DNA of 64,000 nucleotides from Amoebidium appalachense. Lineage: Eukaryota > Protista > Ichthyosporea. Under the pieces are notes generated by a model that saw only the letters and a list, made by a program, of their open reading frames with translations, made no database searches and was not told where the DNA came from. The stretch lies in contig CAVNZM010000015.1 of assembly GCA_963693365.1 (NCBI GenBank), positions 2,294,001 to 2,358,000 on the forward strand, written 5' to 3'. This document shows, one piece after another, positions 38,669-56,366 of the stretch (position 1 is its first letter; each line of letters begins with the position of its first letter). Position numbers and translations under genes: made by a program.

Positions 38669-39868
38669 GCTGCCTGTGCCCTGTCAGTGCAAACTTCTCA
38701 AGCACCTTACTCCGGCACGATCCCTTGCCTCCCAATACCCCAACCTCTGCCAAGCGCACGGCCCATCCACATAAACCTACCCAAACAGAATGTAACTCCT
38801 TACCATACCCAATATTCGCCAGGCGTAATTGGGCCGGACAGGACTAGGGGGTTGCTAAGACTAAGAGGGTGGGTGAGGGCTATGTGCAGGCGGTAGGGTA
38901 CGGCTATGTGGCCGAGTCTGTCAACCAGCCTGTGGGCCCCTGGGCCGCCACTTAATCTGCCTCCCCTCTGCTTCAACTCCCCCCCTCCCCCCCCAAGTAT
39001 CCATGTTGCCGACCAAACCACCCTTTCTTGCACTCCGTTATGAACCGCATGTGTGTGCTTGTGTCTACATCCTCCCACTCTTGCTCTTTATTCAGCTTAC
39101 ACCAACCACCTACGCATGACTCATTCTATCCCCCCTGCGCTGTTGAGGCGCTTTGTTTCAGCCATCCGTTGTGCTGCCCCCTGCCCTGTGTAGCCCCTCA
39201 CTGTGCAGCGAGGTTGCAGGATGCCCCCCCACCTTCCCCCCCCCACCTTCCCCCCCCCCCCCCCCCCTCCCCCTCTTGACAACTTCTCCCCCTCCTCCCC
39301 GCCACCCCCTCCCCCCTCCACCCCCTGTTTTCCGTGTCTGGTTCGACTTCCCCCGTGTGGCCCGTCTGCCCTCAGCCTACTGCTGCCAGAGCACGCTATG
39401 TGGAGGCTCACCGTGTGTGCTGTGGCGCTGTGGCTTGGCGTCTGTGTATATAAAATCCTAAGCTACCTCGGGGGCTGTTGTGTTTGTGACTGCGAACTCC
39501 ACGATACACAAAGCCTTGGCCTGCAAACGCTGCGGGCCGGCGTCTCTGCATGATCATCGAAATCGATCGAGATCAGCTGAGCACCCTCCTCATATACAGT
39601 ACACACTACTGCAGATAGTACTATAGTGACTTGCTGTGCACACACATACCTACCCTACCTTGCAGCTTACTCTTGCCACATATGAGCTTGACCCTGCATA
39701 CAGCGAACTGCTATCTGCTTTAGCTCAGCTATACAGCGTACTTGCTTAGATAACCGTACAGCGTTCAGCTGTCACGTGTTAGTTCTCGCCTTCGTCTCCA
39801 CACCATCCTTGGGGTTGTTCTTTGGCCTCCTTAGCTGCTCACACCTCTCCCCGTGGCCTGCCGCCACC

Positions 39869-41084
39869 ATGGCAGCCACGCCCGCCACGCAGGGTGGGGG
39901 CAAGGCGGCCGTGCGCAAGCAGCAGGTGACGTTCAAGCTGGTCTTTGACTCCCCGTTCCAGCTCAGATGGTGCGTGGTCAGGACACAGGGCAGGGTGCCT
40001 GCAGCCGGGCCGGGCTGACCTGGGGGGGCACAGGCCGGCACTGGACGAGGCAGGCAGCCAGGCGCTGCACACGGCCCTGCAGGGGTGCGTGCTCCCCGCA
40101 GGAGCACGTGCAGGCAGGCACACGCTGACAGGGGGCACAGGGCACTGGCTGCCGTGCGGGGGGAGACACCTCAGGACAGCCTGCGGAGGGCAAAGGCCGA
40201 GGGCCTGCTGGTGGGCGTTAATGCCGTCACACGGGGCCTGGAAGCAGGCACGGTGGATGCAGTGCTGGTGTGTCGCAGCAGCACGGCAGCAGGCCTGGTG
40301 GGTGGGTGGGTGGGTGGGTGGGTGGGTGGGTGTAGTGGCCTGGCTAACGTATGGGGTTAACAGCTGCAGCACCTGCCTGCACAGGCCCAGCAGGCGGGGG
40401 TGGCGCTGTGTGCCCTGGCTGGGCTGAGTGATATGCTGGCGGCTGCCTGGCCAGTGCACAGTGCCGTGGCCGTGGCCGTGGCAAAGGTTTGTGCACGTGC
40501 TGGGGCCCATACAGGCAGGGGGGGGGGGGGGGGTGTTCTGGGCACACTGAAAGGAGGAAGTGGAGGACGGGTGTGCGTGTGTGGAGTGGGGTATGTGCTG
40601 GGCACACGGGAGGGCACATGGGAAGGATGGGGCGCTGTGCAGGGCAAAAGAAAAAGGCCCCCCGGGGTAGAGGGGGTGGGGGGGGGGGGGGGGGGGGGGG
40701 GGGAAGGGGAATATGTACAGGGCATAAGGGAAAAGGTCGGCCGGGAGGGGGGAGGGGGCGGGGGGGGTGTTCTGTGCAGGGCAAAAATGGGGAAGGGGGG
40801 AGAAGGGTGGGGTGGGGAGGGAAGGGGGAAGGAGGGGGGTAAGTGCAGGACAAAAAGGAAAGGGAGGGGGTATGTACAGGGCACGCGGACAGGGAGGGAG
40901 ACTTAGGGGCTGGCCTTTGCAGGTGCACGGGCCAGGGCTGCAGGAACTGGCCCATGCAGTGCAGCAGCACGGCAAGGTGGCCAGGGCCCAGTGGCTGCAG
41001 CCTGGGCCCGGCCAGGCCCCAGCCATTGGCTATCTGGCCCTCAGGCTCAAGCGCCTGCAGCTGCGGCCAAAGCCAGCACCCTGA
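39869..41084 (+). CDS. RPP38: RNase P/MRP subunit RPP38/Pop3 (L7Ae family), multi-exon
   Basis: The start context is GCCGCCACCATGG. Exons give FKLVFDSPFQLRW|PAL, LLVGVNAVTRGLE...AVLVCRS and LQHLP...ALCALAGLSDML...SAVAVAV, matching the RPP38/Pop3 pattern (NPYxIxW, GVNEVTRALE). The stop is TGA at 41082-41084. Confidence 0.8.
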
Positions 41085-41883
41085 CGGCAAGGCGAGCCAG
41101 CCTTCAATGGGCACTGGCCCACACGGCCACCACTGTGGCCCAGCCAGCAGCCCACCATGCCCAATGCAGGCAGGTGGGTTTAGACCCTGGGTGGCCACAG
41201 GGCTGCATGGGCCGGGCCCTCCCTGGCTGAATGTGGGTTCACTGCGCACCACTGGGACCACGTCCGGCATGTGGTCGGCCCAGAGGGAGTGGCCAGGCCA
41301 GAAAGGGAATCCAGCAGTCCGGGCCAGGCACAGTGGTGGTAGGGTGAGCTGGGCCAGGCTGGTGGGTGGGCCAGCAGGGGCCAGGCAGCTGCAGTCATGG
41401 CTGCTGCTGCACTGTGGCTGGCCAGTGTGCAGCCAGGGAACAAATACAAGCAAAAGGCCAGGCACACTGAGGGGTCACCCGCGACTTGTAAATATCTGCA
41501 AATGTATGCAAATGTATGCAAATATATGCAACTTGCGGGTGACCTCTCACTGCATGGGCAATTAAATACAAGCAAAAGGCCAGGCACGCTGCCCAGGTCA
41601 CAGTTAACACCAACGGTGTCTTGCTGCATCACTGCGCCACGGCTTGAATGTGGTTAATTAGAAGCAAGAGGGGAGGGGGAAGGGTGAAGGGTGATGAGTT
41701 GAAGGGGGAAGGTAGGGGGCACATGTTTATGTAAGGCAGAGCACACGGCACACGTTTATCCCAGGCACCAAAACATGCAGGGCGCACCCAGTGCACCACA
41801 TGCACACATGGGCCCCAGGCAGGCCACCAACCCCTGCCCTGGCAGCCCTCCAGCACCGGGCCATGGCAGGGGGGTTGGGGGGG

Positions 41884-45699
<3,816 letters not shown>

Positions 45700-45900
45700 G
45701 CTGCCCTGCGCCACCAGTCAGCCGTAGGGTTGTTGTGTTGGGCCCGCGGCAACACGCCTCCTGCCGCATAGCTGTCCGCGTGCCCACGGTGCTCGTGCTG
45801 GTGCGGTGGCCTGTCGGGGCTGTGTGTGTACTAGCCTGAGCGTGGAAAGAGAGAGGAGAGAGTTGGAGGTTTCAACCAGCCACACACAAGCAGAGTAAGG

Positions 45901-45920
45901 TTACGTAACTGATTACGTAA
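45901..45920. promoter_or_regulatory. Tandem TTACGTAA palindromes (bZIP-type sites) upstream of NSUN6
   Basis: TTACGTAA occurs at 45901-45908 and 45913-45920, with CCAAT at ~45955. Confidence 0.4.
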
Positions 45921-48900
45921 CTGGGCTCCGGTAACCGCCATGGCTGGCTCGTGACCAATCGTCGTGAAGTAGTCACTGTACAGGGTGCATACAGAGTGCA
46001 CCGTGTATGGTGTATGTGCAAGCAACTTCCGCCCAGGTGTCAGAGCCTCCAATTGTGTGCGCGGGCAGGCTCTGACAGTGTGGCCGTGTGGTTTGGCTGC
46101 GCCGGAAAGTCCCAGTAGGCCGCTAGGCGAGGCTTGGACCGGACAATGGACCCCAGACATAGCCGTGGCAATAAACTTCAAAGGCGCCTCACTGCACTGC
46201 ACTGCCCAGCCCTATGGCCACTCTGAGTGCCGTCTCCCTCCTGCAGCTTCCTTCTCAGACTGACTGCCCAGTGGGACTTCAAACGCTATGTTGCAGTCGA
46301 CACACAGAGCGCAATACAACCTACTGTTTATGAGCCAGCAGCACACATACTCCAATAGGAGGCCCACCTTGTACATGTGCATGTCTCCAGGGTTGTTGCT
46401 CCATAAGCGCACTCGAGCTCAGTCCCACTACCGTGCCAGTGCTACCCACCTCCTGAGGTTGCCCCTAAACATAGCCCCACTAGCGCAGCGTCCAGCACCT
46501 AAAGGGAGGCTAAGTCGCCAGTTCACCAACGCTAAAATACACAAACACACCAAAGTAAACCATGTCAGCTTTGAACCCTTTCAGCACTAACCCTTGGGGC
46601 CCTCGCACCAGAAGCGCAGCTCGGGGCTCATTCGTCGCCAAACCGAAGGGGAAGGGTGTACTGGGTGTGGCTGAGCCGCTGTGCGGGTTGAAGCAAATAG
46701 TTATCCGCCTGGAGCTTCACAAAACAACTCACTCCGTGTGGCGATGAAATCATAGGGCTAGACTGTTCAACAGACATCACGCCAAGCCCACCCACCTGGA
46801 ACAGGCGGTCCCGTTATCCCCTCAGGGGCCCAGAGTGCCAGCATACGTCGTAGTATTATGCGGACGCAGCAGCTCACCCCTCGGCCAGGACACTCAAAGT
46901 CCATGGCTTGACGAGGTTGACGGTTGATGGGCAACTGAACGAGTAGGGAAGGTGGACTGCCTCTCACAGACTACATTTCTCACACTCAGTCAAATTTGGC
47001 AGGCAGCCCAGCCCCGAAGTTCCCCCCCCTCCCCCCAACCTCCGGGACCTCCCCCTTCCCCCCACCTCCCCCCCACCACCACCACACACACACACGCACA
47101 CACACAGGCCGGCCCGGCCGAGACCAGACAGGAGCCACCCACCCTGCCACGTGGGGCTGTGTGCCCGTTGGACTACAGTTGCTGCACACAGAGAGACATA
47201 TTGTGCCTGTGGCAGCTGCCTGTTGCATGGACCGTGTGTCCGTTGAATGCTATCTATTTGCTGGCGTCTTGTTCATTGAATGTGGTGCAGTGGAGAGGAC
47301 TATCTGGTTACCATCTCATGTGTCCGCAGAGTTAGTGCCATGCCACTGAGCAACACCGGCCGACCTGTAAGGATATGACCAGGCTGCAGCAAATAGCTTT
47401 CAGCAAGGAGCACAGTACCTAGCCAGGCAGCCTCCAACACTGACCGGCTTGTCCGGCTCACTTCCAATCAAGCAAAAGCAACATCACAATGCAACCCGAT
47501 TTCTTGGCCAGTCTAAGTTGTGTTATGTTATATGGGTGGATGTGGTCCTCGGTGGGTTCTCTGTGGTGGTCTGTGTGCTACGTGCTCCTAATAGAGTCTC
47601 GGGTTATGTCTCAACCTGTGACCCATCTTTAATGCAAGACCTCGTGTGCACCTCTGTGTGCATCTTAGACTGATCTCAACTCAGACTACCGACTCGGAGA
47701 CCTGCTCAGGAGTGACGGTCATACATGTACTCTGGGATTAGGGCTCAGCCAGGCTATCCATATATGGTTATCATTACATCATTGCCATTGGTTCCCGGGG
47801 CAGGGACTCTCAACCGTGTGTGCATCAGTCACACCACAAGTTGGGTCACATACATGGCATTCATGAGCATGGCCATGATGATGATGATCACGTAAATGAT
47901 AAAATGATACCTCAGGCACCGAAGTACTAATGTAATTAAACCTTGACTCAAGTAAGGGTTCTGTCGAGGACCCCCGGTGAGTGCCTCCACGTTTGTACCC
48001 ATATTGGTCACAGCAGCTACGTATGGCCTTCTGGGCTACTTTTATTTTTGCTTGTTATATAAAGGTGTTCTCAACTCCAATCCCACCCTAGCAGATAAAG
48101 AGGGACTACTGTACACAAAACCCTACTTTGACATCGACCACCAGGCGGGCCAGTTGGAAAGAGTGGACTGAGTGGACATGTGCAAGCAGCTTCCAGCCAA
48201 TCTGTCATGCATACCGCGGCATAATCCAGCACCATTTACTCTCCATGATCTGCCATTGATAATCATAAATCATCCCGAAATCTGGCGGGGGCATGATCTA
48301 AAAAAGTGTCGAGTGGCCGCAGGCAGGATATTAACTGCGGTGTCGGAGTCTTAGCTGTCGGACGCTACAGGCCACTGTCAGCCACACTCACTCACGTGTC
48401 ATCATGAGTCGTGTACACCATCCTCATGGGTGTTTCTGAGAAGGAAAGTGTGTATGCTATATTAGATTCGGTTGGCATTAAATGCAGAGACTCTGCTGTC
48501 AGAGCCAATCAGAAGGGAACACCGTGACCTAGATGGGCATTGACTACGGTAGCCAATAGGATAGGAAACTGGCCACAGTGGCTGACCCAATAAGACATAA
48601 CCTAGAACCCAATCTTGGGCCATGAGGCTCCCAGTGACATTCTGTTCTATAATAATTGGACAGTTGGTTATTGTCAGAATCATGATACAACAGCCTGTAG
48701 TGCACGAATTGGCATATGCATTTCGCACGCACATGCACAGCTGGCGTGTGCTGATCTGGTTTGGGATTGGGATCGCGGTTAATCGGAGAGATTAGGGGTG
48801 ATCGCATGTAATTGTGCGATCGGCTAAGGCACTGGTAGGGATCAGTGATAATCGGTAGAGAGGGGCAAAACTACTGTAGTAGCTGCGCTAGAAGTGTGGC

Positions 48901-50324
48901 CATTTAGCAGACTTTCCCTGAGTAGGTTAGGAGCGCGAAAAGGAGGATAAGGAGAGTATAGTCTAGAGACACGAATAGTATAGTCTGATAGGCTGCAGTG
49001 TGTTAGTATTTATAGAAAGTAGAGAGCGTGCCTTGTAAGCATACATATAGGGCTGACGTGATTGTCATTATCGGATCTCAATATGCCAGCGGATTGGATT
49101 AGAAAGCACCATGAATAGGGATTTGCCTTTTTAAATTAGGATAATGGGTTGAAGAGTGATTGGTTACTTAGTCGGAGACTAGGAATATGAGGGAAAGTCT
49201 CCGCGAGTAGCCTCATTCTTCGTGGCGGGAGCCTTCGGACTCCCCTCACCAAGAGTTTGAGTACTCGCTGGAAACACTGCCCTTTCCCCTCTTCCCCCGC
49301 TCCTCCCCCCACTCACGCTTTAGTTTGCAGGGCGACCTTTACCCGCACGGGTCTCCTACATAGCGTGCCGCCCTACGACAACAGCACAGTTCCGAAGTTC
49401 ATTAGTTGCACATCTTTGGTTTACACAGGTTGCACGAGCACATAGCATACTATCATAGTTAGGTACAGCCGTTTATTTGTGCTTGATCTCCCTTTATTTT
49501 ATAAGCATGTCCGGGATGCTCTTGTTTGCCTTCTGTTATTCATTAGGCACGTGTGGCATTCATAGTTTGTCTAGCTATGTGAAAGCACGCATCCGACGGT
49601 TGCTGTGCATGCTTTTCATGTTTTCTGTGTAGTCGGGTGTTTTGTCTGCGTTTGGATGGTATGAGGGGAATGCCATTTGATTTCCGTTCATGTACGTGTC
49701 GTTATATAATTGGTCAGATTTATAGTATTCATAGTATTTGCCAATCAGATGGGCAAATACCTTTGGATAGATCTGTATTCATGGAATCTGCTCGCGGCAG
49801 ATAAATAGGTGAGAATCGAGCAAAATAAATCAGACGTAGATTGACAGCCTCATGCAACTATGTTTCTACCTCTCCACACTACCCTCACTGTTAGTGCTGT
49901 GGCATCGTGCACTGCCCAGCACCACCCTGCACGTGTTTATGTCTGTTAGTTTAGTGGCCTGATCACCCACGTGTGCTCTCATTCATATGCATGTGTGCCC
50001 AGGTACGTGTTAGTTGTAGTGTGTAGTACACTCTGCTAGTCAGGCGAAAATAGTAGTGGTTTTGCTGTAAGTCAGCACTTTTCTTGCAGTTATGTGAATG
50101 CTTCCCACGGCCCGGGGTCTGTGACCCAAGCATACACTGAGAACCACGATCGACTGGCAGAGTCGGCAGTTGATGAAAACGAAGTAATGAACTTGTGCAT
50201 AATATTGAAGTGGTTCCTTGCTTGGTTGTGGTCAGTATCGTGTTGATCTTATGGTATCCGGCAGCCACAGCGTCTTGGTTATGTATAAAATCCCTTCCCA
50301 CCCCCCCCCCCCCTCCCCGGCAAG

Positions 50325-50355
<31 letters not shown>

Positions 50356-51053
50356 ACAGGCCCTTCTTCGAGATTCCCACCCCAATATAAATTAATATTT
50401 AAGGCCGTGAAGCCCAGTTCGTTGCCTTATTTAAACAAATAAAAAGCACCCCATCATGATCCAAGAAGTGCATGTCTGATAAATTTCTGGTGTTGCTTGA
50501 GAGAAAACTTTGAAATACCTCAGGCTTCTCACGCGTATCAGAGTCTGCACTTAACACAATTAGAGTGTATGGTTGTTGCACACACTGGCACACACGGAGG
50601 TGATCAGCCTCTAAATGAGTGCAGTGTGCTTCCTACTAAGTGTGTTCAAGTTACTTAAGGTACCTTAAATGGTTTGCATGCACTCACTATCACATAAGTA
50701 TCAGACCTCGCGTTTGGATACATAGGCGTATCTGGACATCGATGGACTTATAAAATTTCGCATAAATGTGCAGATATATATGTAGCCTAGCTATCAGAGC
50801 GATTAAATAATCCGATTTAGAGTTAGATCATGGTCAGATATCTGCGTCTTCTGAAACGGGTGCTTTTTCTCATATTAGAAGATTGGATACATATCATGGC
50901 GCATGTATTGCCAAGTTTACAGACAGCAACACACTGTCGACATGAGCTGCCACATGTATGAACATAAACCAAACGTGTCAGAGCCACGGAACTTTCTGTC
51001 TCGAGTCCGTTTTCTACGTTTACCTAGAAAAGAAGTCTTTATATTCACCAAGC

Positions 51054-52750
51054 ATGCCGCGTTATTCCCCCCTTCCTGTAGCAGAGAATGCAATCAGTGA
51101 TCCTGTAGTGTTATTTTACTCCCAGGACATAGCGCCCGAAAGCGATGTAGGGTTTCCAAAGAACCGTGTCATCAGGGGAGATGAGGCCTTCACGCAGTTT
51201 GATTTGGTCGAAGTAAGGGTTATGGGGGAAGCAGGGCCACACTATGCCATCATTCGTAAGTTCGTGCAAGCAGAAAATGGCGAGGTCAAAGCAGAAGTCT
51301 CATGGGTTCTTACGAAAAGCCAGCTTCAGAGATATTTTTTTGTCTTTGCAACCACCAATTCTAATGCAGGTGCACACGACCGCACAGTGCACCTGCCCAA
51401 CAAGCTTTATCTTAGTGATTTAAAAGACGTCATAGACGTTAATGCAATAGAGAAACGGGCATACAGCGGCCAGCTGGTTCATCACGATTACAACACAGGT
51501 GATGGACAGCCCTTTTATCGGTCGTTAGCGCGCGTGCACAGCGCGCCCAAGGACCGGCTGCTTGTGCCGGTCAGGAAGGCCCCTCCCTTGAATTTGTAAG
51601 TGGTGCTTGTCGGGATGCTTTTGTTTGTTGGTGGCTTATCAACTGAAATCCCCTTGTTGTGCACAGCTTCCGTTTTCTGGGACTGTCAGCAGCAGCTGGG
51701 GACGTATGGCTGCATCTTTGGCCCTTGCTGCAGCTGTACCTTTTGCAGATGTAGGTATTTGTTCCGTGACCCCCCGTACACAAGCATCTGCTTTGTTTTC
51801 ACAACTGCATTTTTGTTGCATTGAGCATGCCGTCCGTTTTCCTCAATCTAACTTTTTGCCCTTACAAAGATGGTGTAAAGATGTGGCTTCCTCTCCCACA
51901 TAGATGAGCGTTACATAAGGCATGTAATTGAAGGTATTTTTCAAGTGTGTTTAATAGGTTTGATAAGAAAGGCTCGTTGATACTACAACAGTAAGTAGTA
52001 TAGAGATAATGATGGTGATACGTTTTTCCAGCTTCCACAGTGCGGTGCAGACCTACCGTCTCAACCTCAACAGGGCCTGGATCAGCAGCACCTACATCAT
52101 TCCGCTGCGCCAGTTTGCGGCCATGGTTGTTCGACAACTCCCTGGGGCTGTCACAACGCTCGCGCCGGTTAAGCGCCGGCTCAAGGTATCACTCTCCCCC
52201 CTCCCCCTTTCCCCCAAACCTTCTCCTCATCCACCACAGATCCTCTTCCATCCCTTCCACCTTCCTGTCTCCCTCTCCCCCTTCTCTCTAAGCTGCTGTG
52301 GCGTAGAAAATCTTGTTTACTTTGACACGTGTATACACAGTTATTGCCGGGCTGATGCTGTGGTGCAAGTAACAGGCGATTTACCACAGGGAAACTCTCT
52401 CTCCCCCTACCCCCTCCCCCCCCCCCCCCCACCACCACACACGCCCCCCCCCCTCTCCCCCCCCTCCCCCTGGCTCCTCGCTCTTTCCTCTGCAGGTGCG
52501 CATCACATCTGTAAAGCAGATGACTGCACTGCTGGGGGAGGACTGGGAGAAGCACCGGGGGCGGTATGGCGGTGGTAGGACTGTAAGGTTGCGCGCGAAT
52601 GCTTTTCTCATTTATTGCCTTGATTCTCAAAAGATGACTTTAAGATTCAATCATTGGGTAGTTTATAACAACAATGATGTAGCTCTGTACGAAATCCTTT
52701 TTAAAAAGCAGATAAACCCAGGAGCAGGCCCGGTGCCTTTGACTCCTTAG
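51054..52750 (+). CDS. ~316-aa protein with an N-terminal BAH-like domain and an unknown C-terminal domain (3 exons: 51054-51595, 52032-52185, 52496-52750)
   Basis: GT-AG joins keep the frame. The segment FDLVEVRV...PHYAIIRKF...KAEVSWVLTKSQL...NKLYLSDLKDVIDVNAIEKR follows the BAH pattern (D-V-V, PYxAxI, A-V-W, ELFLS...D-I-V--I-K). This is pattern recognition, not an HMM result. Confidence 0.62.
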
Positions 52751-52804
52751 AGTTAGGGGTGTGCTATTAAAAAAAACAGTGTTACCAGTTCAAATCTTTC
52801 GAAG

Positions 52805-52837
<33 letters not shown>

Positions 52838-52848
52838 CCGCCGCCACA

Positions 52849-52973
<125 letters not shown>

Positions 52974-53152
52974 CCCCCCGGCCTCCAAGAGCCTGATCAG
53001 GAAAGGAAAAAAAAAAAAGGCTTGAATTGTGCACCACCAGATCATCAGTGCCATTTTTTTCTTCCTCTTTCCCTTTCTTTCCTGCATTCGGACACACACA
53101 AAGGGGTTGAGCCTTGGAGAAAAGGGAAGAAGGTGACTAGGTGGTGGTGTCC

Positions 53153-53183
<31 letters not shown>

Positions 53184-55991
53184 ATGCAACCATGTTTGCC
53201 TGGCTGTGTATGCGCCGCTCAGTTAAGTTACTTCATGAGTCCCACCTCCCCCCCCCCCCCCCCCCCTCCCCCTTCCTTTTCTGAACTCCATCAGTGCTGT
53301 ATCCCTTCATGTGTGTGAGTTTCAAAAACCATGTCTATTTTAGCACGTTCAAACACTCCTCCCCTCTCCCCTTCAGATCTGCTCAGCCAACCAGTCCCTC
53401 CCCTCCCCCCCCCCTGCTTCAATTCGACTTGATGTCACCTCTACAGAACGGGGGGGGGGGGGGGGGGGAGGAGGGGCGGGATGCGCCGGCTATGCATGCC
53501 TTTTTTTTCCTTTCTATCCCCCCCCCCCCCCTCCCCTCCCCCCACCCCCACCCGGGCTTCCCTTCCCCTCTTAGTAAGTCTTTGCTGTTCAACCTAGTCA
53601 ACTTCCCTTCTCTCCCACCAGACGCTGTCACCTCTCTTCTTTTCGATTTGAGCTCAGCATACAAATTTATAGGCGCTTTGACTGCATGAGGTGGCGCCTT
53701 GGAACCTGAAGTGTGTGTGTGTGTGTGTGTCTCGGGGGGGGGGGGGGGGGGGGGGGGGGGCGTGGGCGACGGTGTGCGCCCATGCTTTGGCAAGGGATAG
53801 TGCCACATCATAATTAGTATACGCCTCCCCCATGTACACATGCATTGATAAATCGACTCAATTGTGCGCGCAGGGGTTGGGTCGAAACCGCTCAATAAAA
53901 AAAACTTACGTGTACATCTTTATTTTTCTAAAGAAAAAAAAAAAAGAAAGAAAAAAGAGGAAAGCCGGCCAGCCAGTGGCCTCACTCCTCGAGCTCATCC
54001 CCCGAGTCGGAGGACTCATCTCCCCGGCGCGGGTCGAGTTCCTCCTCCGGATCCGGGCCGGGCTGAAAAGCATCCTGCCCAAGATCCCGATCTGGGTGTG
54101 GTGCTGGGCGGGGCTGCCCGTTCCTTGCCAGCTCCGCCATTATTTCGTCGTAGCGCGTTCTGAAGTAGTCAACGTGCCTGAAAGCAAACGCCACAGACAA
54201 CCGCCTCATCACCTGACCAGCTTCGCTCGCCTGGACGCCAATCCTGCCACGCCCAGCTGCGCCTCTGAGTGTCGTATTTCCATGCAGCCTGTTGCAGTCA
54301 CTGTTTGATGGGCCGGGTCAATGGAATCGACCCGAATAAAAAGGAATCCAATGTTTGACCGCTGATCAGTCCGAACGTATATCTCCGTGACAATCTTCAC
54401 ACACGAAAAAGTTTGTCCATTTGTTTTTGTCCTTTCAAACATAGGTACCCATTCACAAAGCTTTACATTGGCAACACGGTCAGTACGTGTGAGAGTTAAG
54501 ACATGAGTATGTGCGCACAGCAGTGCAGAATGAGAGGCACGCAAAGAAAAAAGTAACGGGTGTGTTTGCGTAATAAGTGGAGGGGGCTGTGGAATTGCTC
54601 GTTTAAGTGTTTTTATGCTAAAGGATGATTTTACCTGTGTAGACCCTTGTGCGCCGTAGTAGAGAACGCAGCGAAGCCTGTGACTCTACCGTGCGGATCT
54701 TTTCGACAAATCAGGTAACCACCGTGGGCAGCCAGCAGATGTACGTAGTAGGGCAGGGTTGCATGCTTGGTTCCAAAGTCCAGGAGCAGGACGTAGTAAA
54801 GTTCCTGTTTTGGTTTAGCATGGTTACAAGCTTTTTTTACGGAAAGCATTAGCGTTTAAGGTACACGCTTTTCGTTGGCATAGAGTTAGGATAGAGGCCG
54901 AGGCATTTCTCACGCAACAGTGGTCACGCCTGGCTTGCCTACACACAGAATATTTTCTCCCGAGGCTCTCTCCCTCCATCTTGCCCGCTCCCCCCCCCCC
55001 CCCCCCCCCAAAAAAAAAAAAAAACAAAGAAAGGGAAAAAACCCGTCTTCCCCTGCTCCTTCCCTCCTCTTCTTTCCCTGCCCCCTCCTCCCTCTCGTGT
55101 GCCATGTTCATGTTGCAACCCTTGAGAAGAAGTCAATTCAACACTCTTGACACCACGCATTTCAGGTCCCACAGTTGTATCCCTTCTAATTCTAACAGAT
55201 TCTTGCCTGTAAGCTTTGTTGAACTTCTAATACATAAGGACTTACGTGACATAGGCACTCACCAGCTTTTTGCACAGAAAGGGGAAATTCTGGACATCCT
55301 CGAGTGTCAAGCAGTTGGACCCCGGCTCGTTCTGTGCCGAAGGGACCGGCATGCCATCATCCGTCCACTGGTCCGGTTCGGTCTTCCTGAGGATGTCAAG
55401 CACCTGTAGGTACACCTTTTTTTTTTTTTTTTTTTTTTTTTTTCCCGTTGTGTGTGTTTTGTTTTGTTTTGTTTTTGGATGCAGAGCACTAACACTTCCC
55501 TGAGGCTTTGAAATGAATCTTTGCCTTTCCCGCCCCCTTTTGTGTGGGGAGGCTGGTAGGAAGAATAGCGATCTAGTCATGGGGAATGAGGGCTCAGTGT
55601 GTGCTGTTGTATGAGTGTGCGGGTGGTGGTGATGGTGGTGGTGGTTTGTGGATATGTGTGTGGGTGGGTGGGGGGAGGGGGGGGGGGGGATAAAGGTGTG
55701 TTCCGGGGCCTGAAAATGTAAGCACGTTTGCCATCTCTTTAAAATTTTATATATCACTAAGAAAAGTAACGGAGGCAGGGGGAAAAAAAAAGAGATCAGA
55801 AAACTTACATTCCAAATATCAGGCACAGACATGTTCAGCTCGGGGTGGATCTCGTCATCTATCCCCTGGAGCAGCACAGCGGCGCCGTTGTCTCGCAGGG
55901 CGTTGATGAGCTTGTGCGACTTGTCGCTGCCCAGTTTCAGCTTGTAGTATGTCCCGCTGGCGTCGGGGTTTTCCTCAATCTGCACACAGGT

Positions 55992-56028
<37 letters not shown>

Positions 56029-56086
56029 ACACACACACACAAAAAAAAGAAGAAAGAAAGAAAGAAAAGAGAAGATGAAAAACATC

Positions 56087-56172
<86 letters not shown>

Positions 56173-56366
56173 ACCCTGGGCCGTAAACTCTGATGCATGG
56201 GTAAACTCACCCGAATGGGGACTTTGGCGTCGGCCATGTTTTTGTTGAACGCGTTGATCTTGGCTCTGCCGCCTGCAATGCATTTGGATTGCGTGCTACC
56301 CAGCAGTCCCTCACCCAGCCTGTCGCGCCAGTGTACCTCCCCACAGATGTTCTTTCTCTCGGGCAG

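Noticed and set aside
47369-47376. ATATCCTT on the minus strand as a second U12 donor
   Set aside because: No recognisable upstream exon or matching U12 branch site and AC end was found.
46300-48850. Short ORFs between NSUN6 and the BAH gene (and similar ones at 50.0-50.6 kb)
   Set aside because: They have frequent stops and no recognisable motifs or coherent splice structure; they may be decayed TE sequence but cannot be supported.
48955-49203. AGACTATACT (U3 snoRNA 5'-like) and GGGAAAGTCTCC (RNase P/MRP CR-I-like)
   Set aside because: The other U3 boxes and the downstream P4/CR-V partner are missing, and the matches are too short.
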